DNA of 64,000 bases, taken from positions 939-64,938 of the forward strand of contig JBAYIC010000004.1 of assembly GCA_041665845.1 (NCBI GenBank), given 5' to 3'. Made by a program: the position numbers and the translations under genes. The stretch comes from Patescibacteria group bacterium. GTDB taxonomy: Bacteria; Patescibacteriota; Patescibacteriia; Patescibacteriales; UBA12465. The notes beneath the pieces were generated by a model that searched no databases, had not been told where the DNA came from, and saw nothing but the letters and a program-made list of their open reading frames with translations. Below are positions 9,682-17,761 of the stretch, piece by piece. The first letter of the stretch is position 1. The number at the start of each line of letters is the position of its first letter.

Positions 9682-9723
9682 TCTTTTTAATTTTTGGTTA
9701 TACAATAAATACAATTACTACAA

Positions 9724-10494
9724 TTACAATGCGACAAATTGCTCTTCCCGATCAAACAGAAAGGCTTTTATCTCGTCTCTTAAAAGAGTAACCGAGACAT
9801 TGCCCCAAAAAATATCATTCGGGAAAATTAATTTTTCACTTATTCGGTCAAAAACATTCTCCTTATCAGCCATAACTCTAAATAACTGGGTCGCTAAATT
9901 TTCTAATTCTTCTTTGCGTCCATCAATTAGGTTGCAGTTAGTAAAAATATGTTGCAGACATTTATTGAAATAAAATATTTTTTTATCAGCCTTAACGTCC
10001 TGCATTAAAAGAATCTTATTCAAAGTTTTAACATCAGAGTAATCGCCTATTTCAAGCTTAAGGTAGCAGGGGAAACAAACATTTCTACCCAGAACTTCAA
10101 CTTCAAGCACGACTTTGATACTATAGCTGATAACAATTTTCGCACTCCAATCTTTGGGAAAATAAATAATTTTATAGTAAAACTTTCCCCAAACTGGTTT
10201 CTGATATTTCTCCGGCGTAGTGCCATCGCGATAAATAATTACCACCTTGCCTGGATTAGACGAAAAACTGGTAACCTTTTTACTAATAACCCAAAGGTCA
10301 AGCGATAAAATTACAAGAATCAAACCAGCAATCCAAGTTGATGTTAGAGATTCCAGGGAAAGCCCCAGTATAGAAACCACTGCCAAGATATAGGCAATAG
10401 CACTTAAAAGAGCGGATACTACCAATACGTAAACCAGCTCACCAGCAGAAAACAAAATGATTTTTTTCATTTCATGATTTTTTTTATTATGCAT
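9724..10494 (-). CDS. Paralog 1 of 4: two-TM membrane protein of unknown function
   Basis: Two TM helices followed by a soluble domain with family motifs YQKPVWGK, YFPKDW, FYFNKCLQHIF, IFPNDIF. It overlaps paralog 2 by 8 nt. Confidence 0.7.
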   Translation of the reverse strand: MHNKKNHEMKKIILFSAGELVYVLVVSALLSAIAYILAVVSILGLSLESLTSTWIAGLILVILSLDLWVISKKVTSFSSNPGKVVIIYRDGTTPEKYQKPVWGKFYYKIIYFPKDWSAKIVISYSIKVVLEVEVLGRNVCFPCYLKLEIGDYSDVKTLNKILLMQDVKADKKIFYFNKCLQHIFTNCNLIDGRKEELENLATQLFRVMADKENVFDRISEKLIFPNDIFWGNVSVTLLRDEIKAFLFDREEQFVAL

Positions 10495-11251
10495 TTCTTA
10501 CTCCTAATGTTAACAACATTAACTTAGTTTTTGCTCCCAAAAACAAATCAGGAAAACTAGCCATCTCTTCAATTTCACTTAAAGCGTTAGCTCGCATTTT
10601 CATATTATTAGTAGTACAAATACTAGCCAACATTTTAAATCTAGTCTCTTTCTCTTCCGTCATGTTCGCGTGATAGAAAATATGTTCTAAACATTTTTTC
10701 AGAGAATATACGCTTTGATTAGTGCCTATATCTTGTCTGTCAATAATATATTTCCAATCTTTAGCATTTAATTGTCTATTGAATTTAAAGCTCAGGAGGA
10801 ACGGGAAAATTATCGTCGAACCTTCAACATCAACATAAAAGTCAATCTTCAAGATAAGACATTTATCAGTATCCCAGGGCCTTTCCCAATCCTGATCATC
10901 GGGAAGCTGAATTATCTGACAAAAGCATTTCCCCCAAAAAGGTTTCTGGTAAATAGACGGTTCATCCTCATCAATATTAGTTAAAATCACTTCTTTTTCA
11001 TTAAACTTGAAAACCGTAATCTTTGTCCTCACTATCACTAAATGAAGAATCACGAAAATCAAAATGTATAGAAGGAAAAAGCTCATGGCCTGATAAAAAC
11101 TATGTAAACCTTTTTCCGAAGGCCAATAAGGAGCAACAAAAAGAGCGAAATGCAAAGAAAATGCTATCAAGGCAATAAATACTCCAAAAGTAGCGGGTTT
11201 CTGAGCTGCCCTAACAAAATACTGTTTTAAGTATTCCTTAAATTGTTTCAT
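10487..11251 (-). CDS. Paralog 2 of 4: two-TM membrane protein of unknown function
   Basis: Motifs YLKQYFVRAAQKP, IYQKPFWGK, LPDDQDW, NAKDW, YSLKKCLEHIF, SFPDLF. It overlaps paralog 3 by 14 nt. Confidence 0.7.
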   Translation of the reverse strand: MKQFKEYLKQYFVRAAQKPATFGVFIALIAFSLHFALFVAPYWPSEKGLHSFYQAMSFFLLYILIFVILHLVIVRTKITVFKFNEKEVILTNIDEDEPSIYQKPFWGKCFCQIIQLPDDQDWERPWDTDKCLILKIDFYVDVEGSTIIFPFLLSFKFNRQLNAKDWKYIIDRQDIGTNQSVYSLKKCLEHIFYHANMTEEKETRFKMLASICTTNNMKMRANALSEIEEMASFPDLFLGAKTKLMLLTLGVRNA

Positions 11252-12065
11252 CTTCCAGATTTTTTACAGGTTTAAGTGGTTTTTCTAATAATTCATCATC
11301 AACAGAAATATTGTTAGATAATCTAATGTTCATAACAGTAAGAGTAGAAAAAAGGTCTCCAAACAAGAACCCCAATTTTACTAATTCTTGTTCTAATTTC
11401 TTTACCGTAATTTTTTCCTCTTTCCATTTGAGAAGTTGTTCTTTTACAACCGCTTCATTTTCCATCAAACTCGCAGTTACTATATTCTCTAAACATTTTT
11501 GGAAACTAAAAACTGTGCAATTTTTTCTATCAGCACCTTGTCTGTTAATCATTTCTTCAAGTTCTTTCGCTTGAAAATCCTTATAGAGATAGAGATCAAG
11601 ATAAAAGGCTAGGTAAGCCCAGTACTGGCCAATAACGTCATAGGGCAGAATTTCCAAACTTAGTTTCTTGTTCCTTAGGTCTAAATCATCGCTACTTAAA
11701 TCCCAATTTTCTGGAAAAACTATTTCAATAGCGATGGGTTCACCCCAAACTGGAAATTTATAAATCTCCGTCTCTTTTTTATCATCATAGCGCAAAAGGA
11801 TTATTTTGTTTTTCCGTTGCGGAAAAACGGTAATCCGAATATCTTTAACTGCTAGATGTAAAAACCAAAAGAAACAGACGCAGAGGAACAGAAATCCTAA
11901 AGTAATCTCCAGTGGAATTTCTAAGCACTTTTTTGAATCAACAAGCATGGCCGAGCCAAATACAATTAAAAACACAATCGTAGCGGCGTATAGAGCCCAG
12001 ACAAACGGGCTACCGGCCGCATACAAGAAATACTCTTTGATTAACCCCTTGATTAACTTTTTCAT
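11238..12065 (-). CDS. Paralog 3 of 4: two-TM membrane protein of unknown function
   Basis: Motifs LIKEYFLYAAGSP, IYKFPVWGE, FPENWDL, FQAKELEE, FSFQKCLENIV. ATGA overlap with paralog 4. Confidence 0.7.
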   Translation of the reverse strand: MKKLIKGLIKEYFLYAAGSPFVWALYAATIVFLIVFGSAMLVDSKKCLEIPLEITLGFLFLCVCFFWFLHLAVKDIRITVFPQRKNKIILLRYDDKKETEIYKFPVWGEPIAIEIVFPENWDLSSDDLDLRNKKLSLEILPYDVIGQYWAYLAFYLDLYLYKDFQAKELEEMINRQGADRKNCTVFSFQKCLENIVTASLMENEAVVKEQLLKWKEEKITVKKLEQELVKLGFLFGDLFSTLTVMNIRLSNNISVDDELLEKPLKPVKNLEDETI

Positions 12066-12844
12066 TTTTCTTCTTTTTTTGGATTGGTGTGTGAAAACTC
12101 CAGAGGCAAAAGCCTCATTTCAATAACTTCAATATTTGCAAAGAAGTTTTTAGGAAAAAGACTTAATGGCTCGAGCTCTTTGGTTAATTCCCAAGAAGTC
12201 ATTAGGTGCGCTTGGCATTTAAATAGATGAGGAATAATTTTCTCAATATTCTTAGCACAACGATTCGTAATAAGATTTTGCAAACAAGTTTGAAAATGAA
12301 AAACATGGTTATGCCTATCAATTTCTTTTTGTTCCTTAATTAAATCTTCTAAATCTTTGGCCTGAAAACTACCGCTAAAATTTAGCAAAAATACAAATGT
12401 TAGGTTCGCTAAATTTTTCTCATCAAGTGATATGGCTACTTCTAATCTGATTTCCCTCGCTATAGAGTCCTTATTTAAATCCCAAAATACCGGGAAATAA
12501 ATTCTAACATAAGGTACTTTGCCCCAAATTGGGTTTCTATAAATACGTGAAGAAGAATTCTTCGGCCTCAGCAGGACAATCATTCTTTCGTTAGAAAAGA
12601 AGTTAGTCATAAACCTCAAAGGAATAGCCAAGTTCAACAATAAAAAAGCAACCAAAATAGCCAAAAAACAAATATAAATATCCTGTTTAACGGCGTTGTA
12701 GACATCATTGTTTATTGCAACAATTTTAGCGGCTACAAGAGCTGGAATGAGAAAAACTAAAGCCACAACAAAAGCGGCTTTAAACGGACGATTAGCTGCC
12801 CATAAGAAATAACTTTGGATAAACTTTTCGATAATTTGTTTCAT
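12062..12844 (-). CDS. Paralog 4 of 4: two-TM membrane protein of unknown function (first gene of operon)
   Basis: Motifs FIQSYFLWAANRP, IYRNPIWGK, FPVFWDL, FQAKDLEDL, FHFQTCLQNLI, LFPKNFF. The TGA stop lies inside the ATGA overlap. Confidence 0.7.
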   Translation of the reverse strand: MKQIIEKFIQSYFLWAANRPFKAAFVVALVFLIPALVAAKIVAINNDVYNAVKQDIYICFLAILVAFLLLNLAIPLRFMTNFFSNERMIVLLRPKNSSSRIYRNPIWGKVPYVRIYFPVFWDLNKDSIAREIRLEVAISLDEKNLANLTFVFLLNFSGSFQAKDLEDLIKEQKEIDRHNHVFHFQTCLQNLITNRCAKNIEKIIPHLFKCQAHLMTSWELTKELEPLSLFPKNFFANIEVIEMRLLPLEFSHTNPKKEEK

Positions 12845-12961
12845 TGTAATTAGTATAAAGGTTAATATTAAGTTAATTATTCAGCCCACCTTATAATCAA
12901 GATAAACTCAATAATTAACCTAATCTTCCCCTTGTTTTTTAAAGATCTGATTTAACAGTTT

Positions 12962-12990
12962 ACATTAACATAGAAGCTAAATTGGGTCAA
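12962..12990 (-). promoter_or_regulatory. Promoter of the four-paralog/fusion operon
   Basis: Minus strand TTGACC (12990-12985), 17-nt spacer, TAATGT (12967-12962). About 110-nt leader. Confidence 0.5.
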
Positions 12991-13002
12991 CATGTAAAAA
13001 CC

Positions 13003-13034
13003 AAAAAGGCGAGACTTCTAAGTCCCGCCTTTTT
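13003..13034 (-). terminator. Terminator after the EEP-family gene
   Basis: Minus strand GGCGGGACTT-AGA-AGTCTCGCC hairpin followed by a T-run. Confidence 0.65.
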
Positions 13035-13052
13035 AAATAGAAATATCTTATT

Positions 13053-13823
13053 TTAGTCTAGCTTACATTTTACAAAAAGAGACCTGTGATCAGAAATATA
13101 CTTACCTAAGATAGCTTTCGAGGCTTTAAGGTCGCGCACAAAAAACCAATCTAGTTTCAAATGAAATATTTCCCATCTAATACTAAGTATAGACCAGGTT
13201 GTTTTGGAAATATCAGTCGCCTCCTTAAGCCCCTTCTGTTTAGCAATTTCTACAAAAGAATATCTCTCATCGTTAATCAACTCTTTTTCTCCTATCACAA
13301 GACTTTTATCTGGTACATTATGAAACCACTTCACAAATTTACGGCCAAAACCGTGAGCCGGGATAGTAGTGTTAAAATCTCCACAAATAATTGTTGACCC
13401 TTGATGATTTTTAGAATTAGCAATAACAAAGTTTAGCGCCCTAGCTCTTTCTCTAGGACCAATACCAATAATTTCAAAATGACAATTATAAATTTTTAAT
13501 ATTTTATTACCAATCTTAATCTTGGCCCAAAGCACTTCACCGGTAGATTTATCAAGGAATGACGGACAATTAATTTGGCCGTAAGCAATAATCTTAAACT
13601 TACTTAAAATAACATTGATACCGTCTTTATGCTCACATGAAAAAACATAATTATATTTTTGCGATTGCTTAAAATAATCTAACTTATCAATAATAGTATT
13701 TCCCTCTTGTAAACAAACAATATCGGCACCTATTTTTTCAAGCTCCGGTTTGATTTTTTTAAAACTAGTATGAGTATAATATTTTTTACCTTGGATGTTC
13801 CAATCTAAGACAGAAAAATTCAT
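13053..13823 (-). CDS. Endonuclease/exonuclease/phosphatase (EEP) family protein
   Basis: WNIQG, DIVCLQE, ICGDFN and SDHRSL motifs in the canonical EEP order. Confidence 0.8.
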   Translation of the reverse strand: MNFSVLDWNIQGKKYYTHTSFKKIKPELEKIGADIVCLQEGNTIIDKLDYFKQSQKYNYVFSCEHKDGINVILSKFKIIAYGQINCPSFLDKSTGEVLWAKIKIGNKILKIYNCHFEIIGIGPRERARALNFVIANSKNHQGSTIICGDFNTTIPAHGFGRKFVKWFHNVPDKSLVIGEKELINDERYSFVEIAKQKGLKEATDISKTTWSILSIRWEIFHLKLDWFFVRDLKASKAILGKYISDHRSLFVKCKLD

Positions 13824-13840
13824 TTTAATATTTTAATTCG

Positions 13841-14383
13841 TTAAGCTCTTTTTTTGTTTCCTACTATATAACTCCAAAGACTGCGGCGATTTAATTTTGT
13901 CTGTTCTAGAGGATGTGGTGTTGCTTGCGCCATTAAATTAGGCTCTAAGTCAGCTGATTTTGTATACTTAGCTTCCGGTTCATTTTTAATTTCACTTCTG
14001 ATCAAAGCTGAAACTTTTTTAGCTTCCTCTTTTTGATCTTCTTCACTTAACGACTCACGGTAAGCTAAGGCTGATTTTCTTACTTGAGTAATATCTAAAC
14101 CTTTCGGCATTTCTCCTATTCCATTTAAATAATCATTACTAATTTTTCCAAACGTTAAATTATTTTTATCTTCTTCCGGAGTAATGCGCTCATAAATCTT
14201 TTCTTCTGCACTCGAATCATCTTCTTCTCCATATAAACCAGCATTTTCAGAAATACTGGTCGCTGTTTTATAAGGCGAAGTTTCAAAACTTTTTGCGCTT
14301 AAATCGTTACCATAAAGACGCGTCATTTCCTCTTGCCCTTTATTACCATCATTATGCGAATTGAGTTCTTCAAATTTTGGCAT
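13841..14383 (-). CDS. Hypothetical acidic, low-complexity protein
   Basis: 180-aa ORF with its own promoter TTGACA-16-TAAAAT near 14420-14448. No recognisable domain. Confidence 0.5.
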   Translation of the reverse strand: MPKFEELNSHNDGNKGQEEMTRLYGNDLSAKSFETSPYKTATSISENAGLYGEEDDSSAEEKIYERITPEEDKNNLTFGKISNDYLNGIGEMPKGLDITQVRKSALAYRESLSEEDQKEEAKKVSALIRSEIKNEPEAKYTKSADLEPNLMAQATPHPLEQTKLNRRSLWSYIVGNKKRA

Positions 14384-14477
14384 ATAATTTTATTAATCTT
14401 AAATAAAGTCTAGCTATTCATAATTTTAAGCGGGAAGCTTTAATTTGTCAAAAAATTTTCCTAGAAAGGCTGGGATA

Positions 14478-14619
14478 AATTAAAAGACTCCATGAACATG
14501 AAGTCTTAAAGCCGGTTGCTGTCGGTGCAGATAGAAGATCATAATCTAAATATGGCTCACCATATAAGATTTTCGAACTCACCCAAAATCTAATAGCATA
14601 ATGATATGATTTATGAACT
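14478..14619 (-). ncRNA. Candidate small non-coding RNA (unclassified)
   Basis: Consensus promoter TTGACA (14654-14649), 17 nt, TATACT (14631-14626). A hairpin plus U-run terminator lies at 14507-14474. There is an internal 12-bp hairpin AAUCUUAUAUGG-UGAG-CCAUAUUUAGAUU, and no convincing ORF. Confidence 0.35.
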
Positions 14620-14699
14620 ATTGATAGTATAACACAGTTATAAATAATTGTCAAGACCTGGCTAATGGGTTATCGGTAAGCCCTTTTTACTGTGTAGAT

Positions 14700-15146
14700 T
14701 TAAGTTACTGACGAAATTTTCTTAACATAATTCTCCAAGATATCATTAGTCCCAGGAAATAGGGGCGATGGTAAAGCATTAATATCAAACCATTTCCACT
14801 CTTCGCATTTATCCGGCTCATTAACAATCGCATCTCCCTGTATATATTCTCCTTCAAGAATAATAGTAATATGACGAACAAATTGAGGTGGTAAACAATT
14901 ATCTCTCACGGCTATTATTTTATTTAGAATTTTAACTTCTAAATTATTACCCAATTCTTCTTTTATTTCTCGATGAGCAGCGGCCATAATTTCTTCTTCA
15001 TCTAAAATATGCCCACCGGGAAAACTCCAGGTTCCATGTCCAGCGCTATTTAATCTCTTGCCGAGTAAAACCTGGTAAGTACTATTAAAAATAGCGACAT
15101 CAACCGCTAGCGCAATTTTATTAGCTTTTGTTTTTTCCGCTTCCAT
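14700..15146 (-). CDS. NUDIX hydrolase
   Basis: Nudix box GGHILDEEEIMAAAHREIKEELG. The ATG at 15146 leaves a 4-nt gap to the upstream gene, whereas the longer track ORF would overlap it. Confidence 0.85.
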   Translation of the reverse strand: MEAEKTKANKIALAVDVAIFNSTYQVLLGKRLNSAGHGTWSFPGGHILDEEEIMAAAHREIKEELGNNLEVKILNKIIAVRDNCLPPQFVRHITIILEGEYIQGDAIVNEPDKCEEWKWFDINALPSPLFPGTNDILENYVKKISSVT

Positions 15147-15150
15147 ATAT

Positions 15151-16218
15151 TTATAGTTTTCTAATAATCCCCTTATTAGCATTAACTTCAATTAAATCCC
15201 CATCTTGGAAAAGTTTCGTAGCTACTTTTGTTCCAATAATACAAGGTTTTTTTAATTCTCTCGCGACGATAGCCGCATGGCAAGTTAAACCGCCCTCATC
15301 AGTAATAATAGCGGCTGCTTTTCTCATGGCTGATAAATACTCTGGCGACGTCATCGGCGTAACCAAAATTTCTCCGGATTTAAAAGCAGAAACGCCATAT
15401 GAGTTATAAATCTTTTTTACTTTACCTCTAATAATATCGCCACGGCAAGCAACAACGCCAGAAATGCTATTTGCATTGCTAGTTGGCTCTAAATTAGTAA
15501 TAGCTAATTTATTTTTAACTAGAAATTTATTAAAATTATCTGAGATAATTATTTTACCATTAATATAGATGTAACCCCGGGCTCTTTTTTCTAGAATGTT
15601 TTTACTTGGTAATTTTTTCTTTTCAATAAAATTTTTAATCTCTAAAACGGTTAACAACCGAACATATTCTGACGGATAATTATGTTTTTTGAGCATTGGT
15701 CCCAGCCAGGAACGTAAATGAAGGCCAACAATTTTCAGCAGCCCCTCACTTTGCTCACGGCTATGAAGTAAACGATTAAGAACTTCCTGTCCATCTTTTC
15801 CATGAATTTTTAAAAAGTCTTCCCGCCAAGGACCGGCAATAAAAATTCCTAATGGATAATAAGGATACATCTCTTTGAATAATTTAGTGATGATTGTAAG
15901 ATGTTTTTTATTATTTTTAATTTTAGAAATAGGTGAATTTATAGTTAAACGCAAGTCTTTAATCAACTTTAAAAAAGCATCCTGTTTAGTAATAGAAAAT
16001 ATTTCACTATCAATGGATTTATGTATTAAAAAGCTTTTAAGCTTCTCCATATCTTTTTGATAGCGGTACCAATAAAAAGTAACGCCATCAAAATGCACAA
16101 TTTGATCAGTTATTCCCTTGCCCCAAATTTTAGGAGCATCAATTACTAAAGAATCTCGGATAATGTTTTGTACCCATTGATCAAAATCACGTGTAAAAAT
16201 TAAATTTATCTTTTTCAT
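15151..16218 (-). CDS. PEP-utilising enzyme mobile (swivelling phosphohistidine) domain protein, stand-alone
   Basis: The C-terminus carries TDEGGLTCHAAIVARELKKPCI (PEP-utilising enzyme His signature). No ATP-grasp or PEP/pyruvate TIM-barrel domain is visible. Confidence 0.75.
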   Translation of the reverse strand: MKKINLIFTRDFDQWVQNIIRDSLVIDAPKIWGKGITDQIVHFDGVTFYWYRYQKDMEKLKSFLIHKSIDSEIFSITKQDAFLKLIKDLRLTINSPISKIKNNKKHLTIITKLFKEMYPYYPLGIFIAGPWREDFLKIHGKDGQEVLNRLLHSREQSEGLLKIVGLHLRSWLGPMLKKHNYPSEYVRLLTVLEIKNFIEKKKLPSKNILEKRARGYIYINGKIIISDNFNKFLVKNKLAITNLEPTSNANSISGVVACRGDIIRGKVKKIYNSYGVSAFKSGEILVTPMTSPEYLSAMRKAAAIITDEGGLTCHAAIVARELKKPCIIGTKVATKLFQDGDLIEVNANKGIIRKL

Positions 16219-16334
16219 ATGTTTAGCTTGTTCCTTAAAATCATTATACCATCAGACTAGTATCTTTAAAAATAAAAAAAGAAGGCGACATGATAATTAC
16301 ACGCGCCTTCGAGAATAAAATAACTTACTTTTAA

Positions 16335-16640
16335 TCAAGCAAATGGATTAATAACTTTCAGATCTTCCTCCCGAACGGGGAGGCCTTCTTTCCTGCAAAA
16401 TTCGGCAAGGAATTTGTAGAATTTTTGCTCTTCAGAAATATGTACAGTAACCTGAACGTGGTAGCCAAAAGGGTGAGAGTAATACCCATCAATGGCCTTT
16501 GGTTCTTCACTTGAGTGGATTTCTTTGACTTTAAACGCTTCTCCGAAAGCAAGGGCAAAGTCCCACACCTTGTCTTTAGGTATAACAACATCTAATTTCA
16601 GCTGTTTGCTATAAATAATTACTTCGTTGTCCTCTATCAT
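16335..16640 (-). CDS. Hypothetical protein (101 aa)
   Basis: ORF with an AAGGAG Shine-Dalgarno sequence 7 nt upstream. It is the last gene of a four-gene unit and is followed by a terminator at about 16273-16312. Confidence 0.55.
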   Translation of the reverse strand: MIEDNEVIIYSKQLKLDVVIPKDKVWDFALAFGEAFKVKEIHSSEEPKAIDGYYSHPFGYHVQVTVHISEEQKFYKFLAEFCRKEGLPVREEDLKVINPFA

Positions 16641-16693
16641 AACGCATTCTCCTTTTAATGTTTAAGTGTTTGTTTTGTTTGGTTTTAAGTAAC

Positions 16694-16969
16694 TTATTGG
16701 TTAATCGGTTGTTCTACAATCCCAAAACCATGCATCCTTAAGAAATCGATAATTTCAAGGGTTGTAATTTCAGGAATTAATATTTCTGAAAAACCTTCTT
16801 TTAATTCTGAGACACTTATAATTCCGCAGTAATATGTCCTTAATAGTTTTTCAATTTTGGCATACATTACATCGTCGTAGTTTATAAGCAAACGCAAGGC
16901 AAATCCTTTTGATTCATTAAAAGGAACCATTTCGGTTTTTACTAAAACTTCATTTACTAATAGGTTCAT
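16694..16969 (-). CDS. Hypothetical protein (91 aa)
   Basis: ORF in an operon context only. Confidence 0.45.
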   Translation of the reverse strand: MNLLVNEVLVKTEMVPFNESKGFALRLLINYDDVMYAKIEKLLRTYYCGIISVSELKEGFSEILIPEITTLEIIDFLRMHGFGIVEQPINQ

Positions 16970-17007
16970 GTTAACTTTTTTAGTGATGTTTTTCGGTATT
17001 ATTGTTA

Positions 17008-17265
17008 TTATTTCAATATCTTCTTGAACATACCGGCTAGAATAATGCCGGTAATTTCCAGAACTGAGATCGCAAAGGCAATGTTAACTGCTTGATTCAA
17101 AGTAAGCGGTTTAAAAATTATGCCTTCAATAGGAAGTTGAACTATTACATAGTTCCACGCGTAAAGAATAGCGACAGCCGTTACTATAACCGCTGCGACA
17201 AAAGCCAAAAGTAATTTTAAGAACATGACATAATAATTTTTACCATTTATCTGACCAATCTTCAA
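17008..17265 (-). CDS. Small membrane protein (85 aa, two predicted TM helices)
   Basis: Hydrophobic stretches LLLAFVAAVIVTAVAILYAW and AFAISVLEITGIILAGMF. It overlaps the upstream gene by 26 nt. Confidence 0.5.
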   Translation of the reverse strand: MKIGQINGKNYYVMFLKLLLAFVAAVIVTAVAILYAWNYVIVQLPIEGIIFKPLTLNQAVNIAFAISVLEITGIILAGMFKKILK

Positions 17266-17761
17266 TCTTTTCTCCCCAATTAGCGTTCAAATGAAATTTC
17301 TGATCGTGTTCCCCCCAGCCTGCACAAAAAAGTATTCTTTTATCATCCTTTTCAATGCTCATCACAGCTACCTCTGCGACAAACTCGTGCCCTTTTGGTA
17401 GACTATTGCGATTTAATCGTATCTTTCCTTTCGGACCGATAAAAGAGGCACACCCGGGAATGTGATCGAATCCAAGCAAAATAGCTTCTTCAAGGGTCTT
17501 GGCTGAGTACATTATCAGTACATGATCGGCCGGTTTTTTCCTTAAGACATTTTCAATAACACCAAAATCATCATCAATGGAATCGATTTGTTCAATCCTT
17601 TTTTTCCAAGCATCAATGATAATGTCATGATCCTCCGGAATTGTAGTAGCCTTGATCAGTTCAGCTAAAATTTTAAGGTCACCAACAAACCAGCAATTAA
17701 TTGCACTCACGACTGATTTGTGAAATGGTTTTCCTAATTCGTTTTTTTCCATTTTGTCCAT
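17240..17761 (-). CDS. Hypothetical protein (173 aa)
   Basis: ORF with an AGGAGAA Shine-Dalgarno sequence. Promoter TTGACA-17-GTATAT at about 17812-17840. Confidence 0.55.
   Translation of the reverse strand: MDKMEKNELGKPFHKSVVSAINCWFVGDLKILAELIKATTIPEDHDIIIDAWKKRIEQIDSIDDDFGVIENVLRKKPADHVLIMYSAKTLEEAILLGFDHIPGCASFIGPKGKIRLNRNSLPKGHEFVAEVAVMSIEKDDKRILFCAGWGEHDQKFHLNANWGEKIEDWSDKW

Noticed and set aside
6117-9714. Elevated G+C of the lyase/mini-protein/fusion block as evidence for horizontal transfer.
   Set aside because: Hand counts on single 60-nt lines give 31 G+C (6301-6360) and 32 (8581-8640), against 23 (10021-10080) and 17 (22801-22860). But a line inside hppA (30001-30060) also gives 31. 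The heterogeneity may therefore track protein composition or expression rather than origin, and a proper windowed analysis is needed.
9724-12844. Assigning the four paralogs to the SPFH/band-7 family (TM anchor followed by a ...P.WG...P... segment).
   Set aside because: The resemblance is only a loose pattern impression. I cannot align the canonical SPFH core by eye, so the family is left unassigned.
14448-14654. 68-aa ORF between the NUDIX gene and the acidic protein gene.
   Set aside because: Its start codon is the TTG of a consensus -35 hexamer, its sequence is Cys/Trp/Tyr-rich and not protein-like, and the region is better explained as a small non-coding transcription unit.
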